64,000 bases of DNA from Candidatus Sericytochromatia bacterium (GTDB lineage Bacteria > Cyanobacteriota > Sericytochromatia > UBA7694): assembly GCA_018780035.1 (NCBI GenBank), contig JADMKE010000047.1:7823-71822 (forward strand), in the 5' to 3' direction. Both the position numbers and the translations under genes were made by a program. Below are positions 62,971-64,000 of the stretch, piece after piece (the stretch's first letter is position 1; the number at the start of each line of letters is the position of its first letter). The notes beneath the pieces are model-generated. The model was given only the letters and a program-made list of their open reading frames with translations. It ran no database searches and was not told the origin of the DNA.

Positions 62971-64000
62971 AATTGACTGCCACAGAGGAAACCCCTATGA
63001 ATCCGGGTGTTGTAGATCTGCCTGAATTGCCAGAATCTCCCGAAGCCCAAACCGCTGTTAAGAGAGAATTGGACCTCAGGCTCTTGGTCACCAGCTTATT
63101 GCTACGTTGGCCCTTGGTCTTGGCTTTGACCTGTTTGGGCGCAGGCGGGGGGTTCTTTGCCAGCCAGCAAATTCAGCCCCATTACCAGGCCCGGACCGTT
63201 TTGCTGCGCCACAATAAAAATACCAATATCAGCCCAGATATCTATTTCGAACCCAATTTGCGCACCCTGCTCGAAACAGTCAAGCTCAGGGGCAATCTCC
63301 AAGACCTCAAACGCAAATTGGGTCTGTCGCTCAGTGACGAAGCCCTGTTTAAAGCCATAGATATTCAGCCCGGCAACCGCAACGACATCATCCAGATTAT
63401 TGCCACAGCACCCACCCCCAAACAAGCTGCCGCCATGGCCAATGGCATCAGCGCCATTTTTCAGCACTCTTCGGCCCAGGTTTCGCGGTCGGTGGCTGAA
63501 CGGGTCTGGCGCTTTCGCACGGGCGAGCGCCAAAATTTAAACAGCGAGTTAAAAGCTGCTCAAAACAAATTGGCGGGGTTTCAGGCCCAACACCAAATCA
63601 GTTTTTACAGCGACACCACCCGACTTTTGCTCGAGCAAATCAAACAATTTGAACTCGATCAAAACAATGCCAAACTGACCCTGCAGAGCAACCAACTGAC
63701 CCTGTCTGAAATGCAAAAAGAAATCAAAAAACGCCCCGAAAATATCCGGGTCATGAGCACCGTTAGGTACCGCAGCCGGGTCAGATACGATGAATTGCAA
63801 GATCAGCTCAAAGGTCTCTTGGAAAAATACACCGAGACCCATCCCAAGGTCTTGGCTCTGCGGGCCCAATTGGAAAGCCTGGGCCGCCAATTGGAAAAAC
63901 CCAGTCAGGCCATTCCCGAAGAAGAGAGTTTTGGCATGGATCCCGTCGTGCGAGAGTTAAAGATCAAACAGGCCGAATTGGCCGCAGGTCTAAGCGGTGG
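62967..64000 (+). CDS. polysaccharide co-polymerase / chain-length determinant (Wzz/GumC-like), 5' part; runs off the right edge
   Basis: Not in the ORF track because there is no stop in the window. ATG 62967 forms an ATGA overlap with the previous stop; an alternative start is ATG 62997. It has the TM helix LLLRWPLVLALTCLGAGGGFF, a Wzz-like segment (YQARTVLL...IIQIIATAPTPKQAAAMANGISAIF), then coiled-coil. Confidence 0.75.
   Translation, partial: MKLTATEETPMNPGVVDLPELPESPEAQTAVKRELDLRLLVTSLLLRWPLVLALTCLGAGGGFFASQQIQPHYQARTVLLRHNKNTNISPDIYFEPNLRTLLETVKLRGNLQDLKRKLGLSLSDEALFKAIDIQPGNRNDIIQIIATAPTPKQAAAMANGISAIFQHSSAQVSRSVAERVWRFRTGERQNLNSELKAAQNKLAGFQAQHQISFYSDTTRLLLEQIKQFELDQNNAKLTLQSNQLTLSEMQKEIKKRPENIRVMSTVRYRSRVRYDELQDQLKGLLEKYTETHPKVLALRAQLESLGRQLEKPSQAIPEEESFGMDPVVRELKIKQAELAAGLSG

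Overview
This is a 64-kb stretch of a compact bacterial chromosome. I recognised no rRNA, tRNA, CRISPR array, transposase or integrase. All calls come from reading the sequence and ORF track by eye; no searches were run. Spot counts on single 60-nt lines give roughly 50-60% GC for most of the window, with three AT-richer patches. About 55 protein genes are supported.

Left part (1-31 kb):
- The left edge holds an AT-rich EACC1-like gene plus a caspase-like gene, a conflict-system effector module cut by the window.
- Housekeeping and envelope genes follow: bcp, dut, plsC, def, recQ, an aldo-keto reductase, a GHMP kinase, a vWA protein and a LysM/SleB-like hydrolase.
- There are two DUF885 paralogues, one cytoplasmic and one secreted.
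- A 1140-aa protein has the layout degenerate GT2, TPR, GT2, TPR.
- A four-gene operon encodes secreted proteins.
- A radical-SAM enzyme carries a CX4CX2C motif.
- An AT-rich islet at 27.3-29.2 kb encodes two orphan secreted proteins.

Right half (31.2-64 kb): a large Wzx/Wzy-type surface-glycan locus.
- Biosynthetic genes: manC, a priming sugar transferase, several GT4, a GT2, a GT4-GT26 fusion, a flippase, a Wzy-like polymerase, an acetyltransferase, a deacetylase-like protein, an AP-family phosphodiesterase and a PCP/Wzz protein.
- Signalling genes are unusually dense: a REC-HisKA_3 kinase with a NarL-type regulator, a REC-PP2C-RsbW-like fusion, a STAS protein, an XRE-TPR protein with an OmpR-type regulator, and a decayed kinase-AAA-GAF-histidine-kinase gene.

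Most interesting observations:
1. A bipartite motif, AT-rich tract, TC(T/C)GAC(A/G), N16-17, CTGAnn, occurs six times. Each copy lies 48-74 nt upstream of the first start codon of a transcription unit of the glycan locus. One copy sits in a perfect 7-2-7 palindrome.
2. The locus has a partner-switching set (REC-PP2C-kinase plus STAS) but no sigma factor in the window.
3. The STAS gene is start/stop-overlapped with a protein that looks like a triply degenerate enzyme fusion: an NTP-transferase-like domain, a left-handed beta-helix, and a sugar-transferase remnant.
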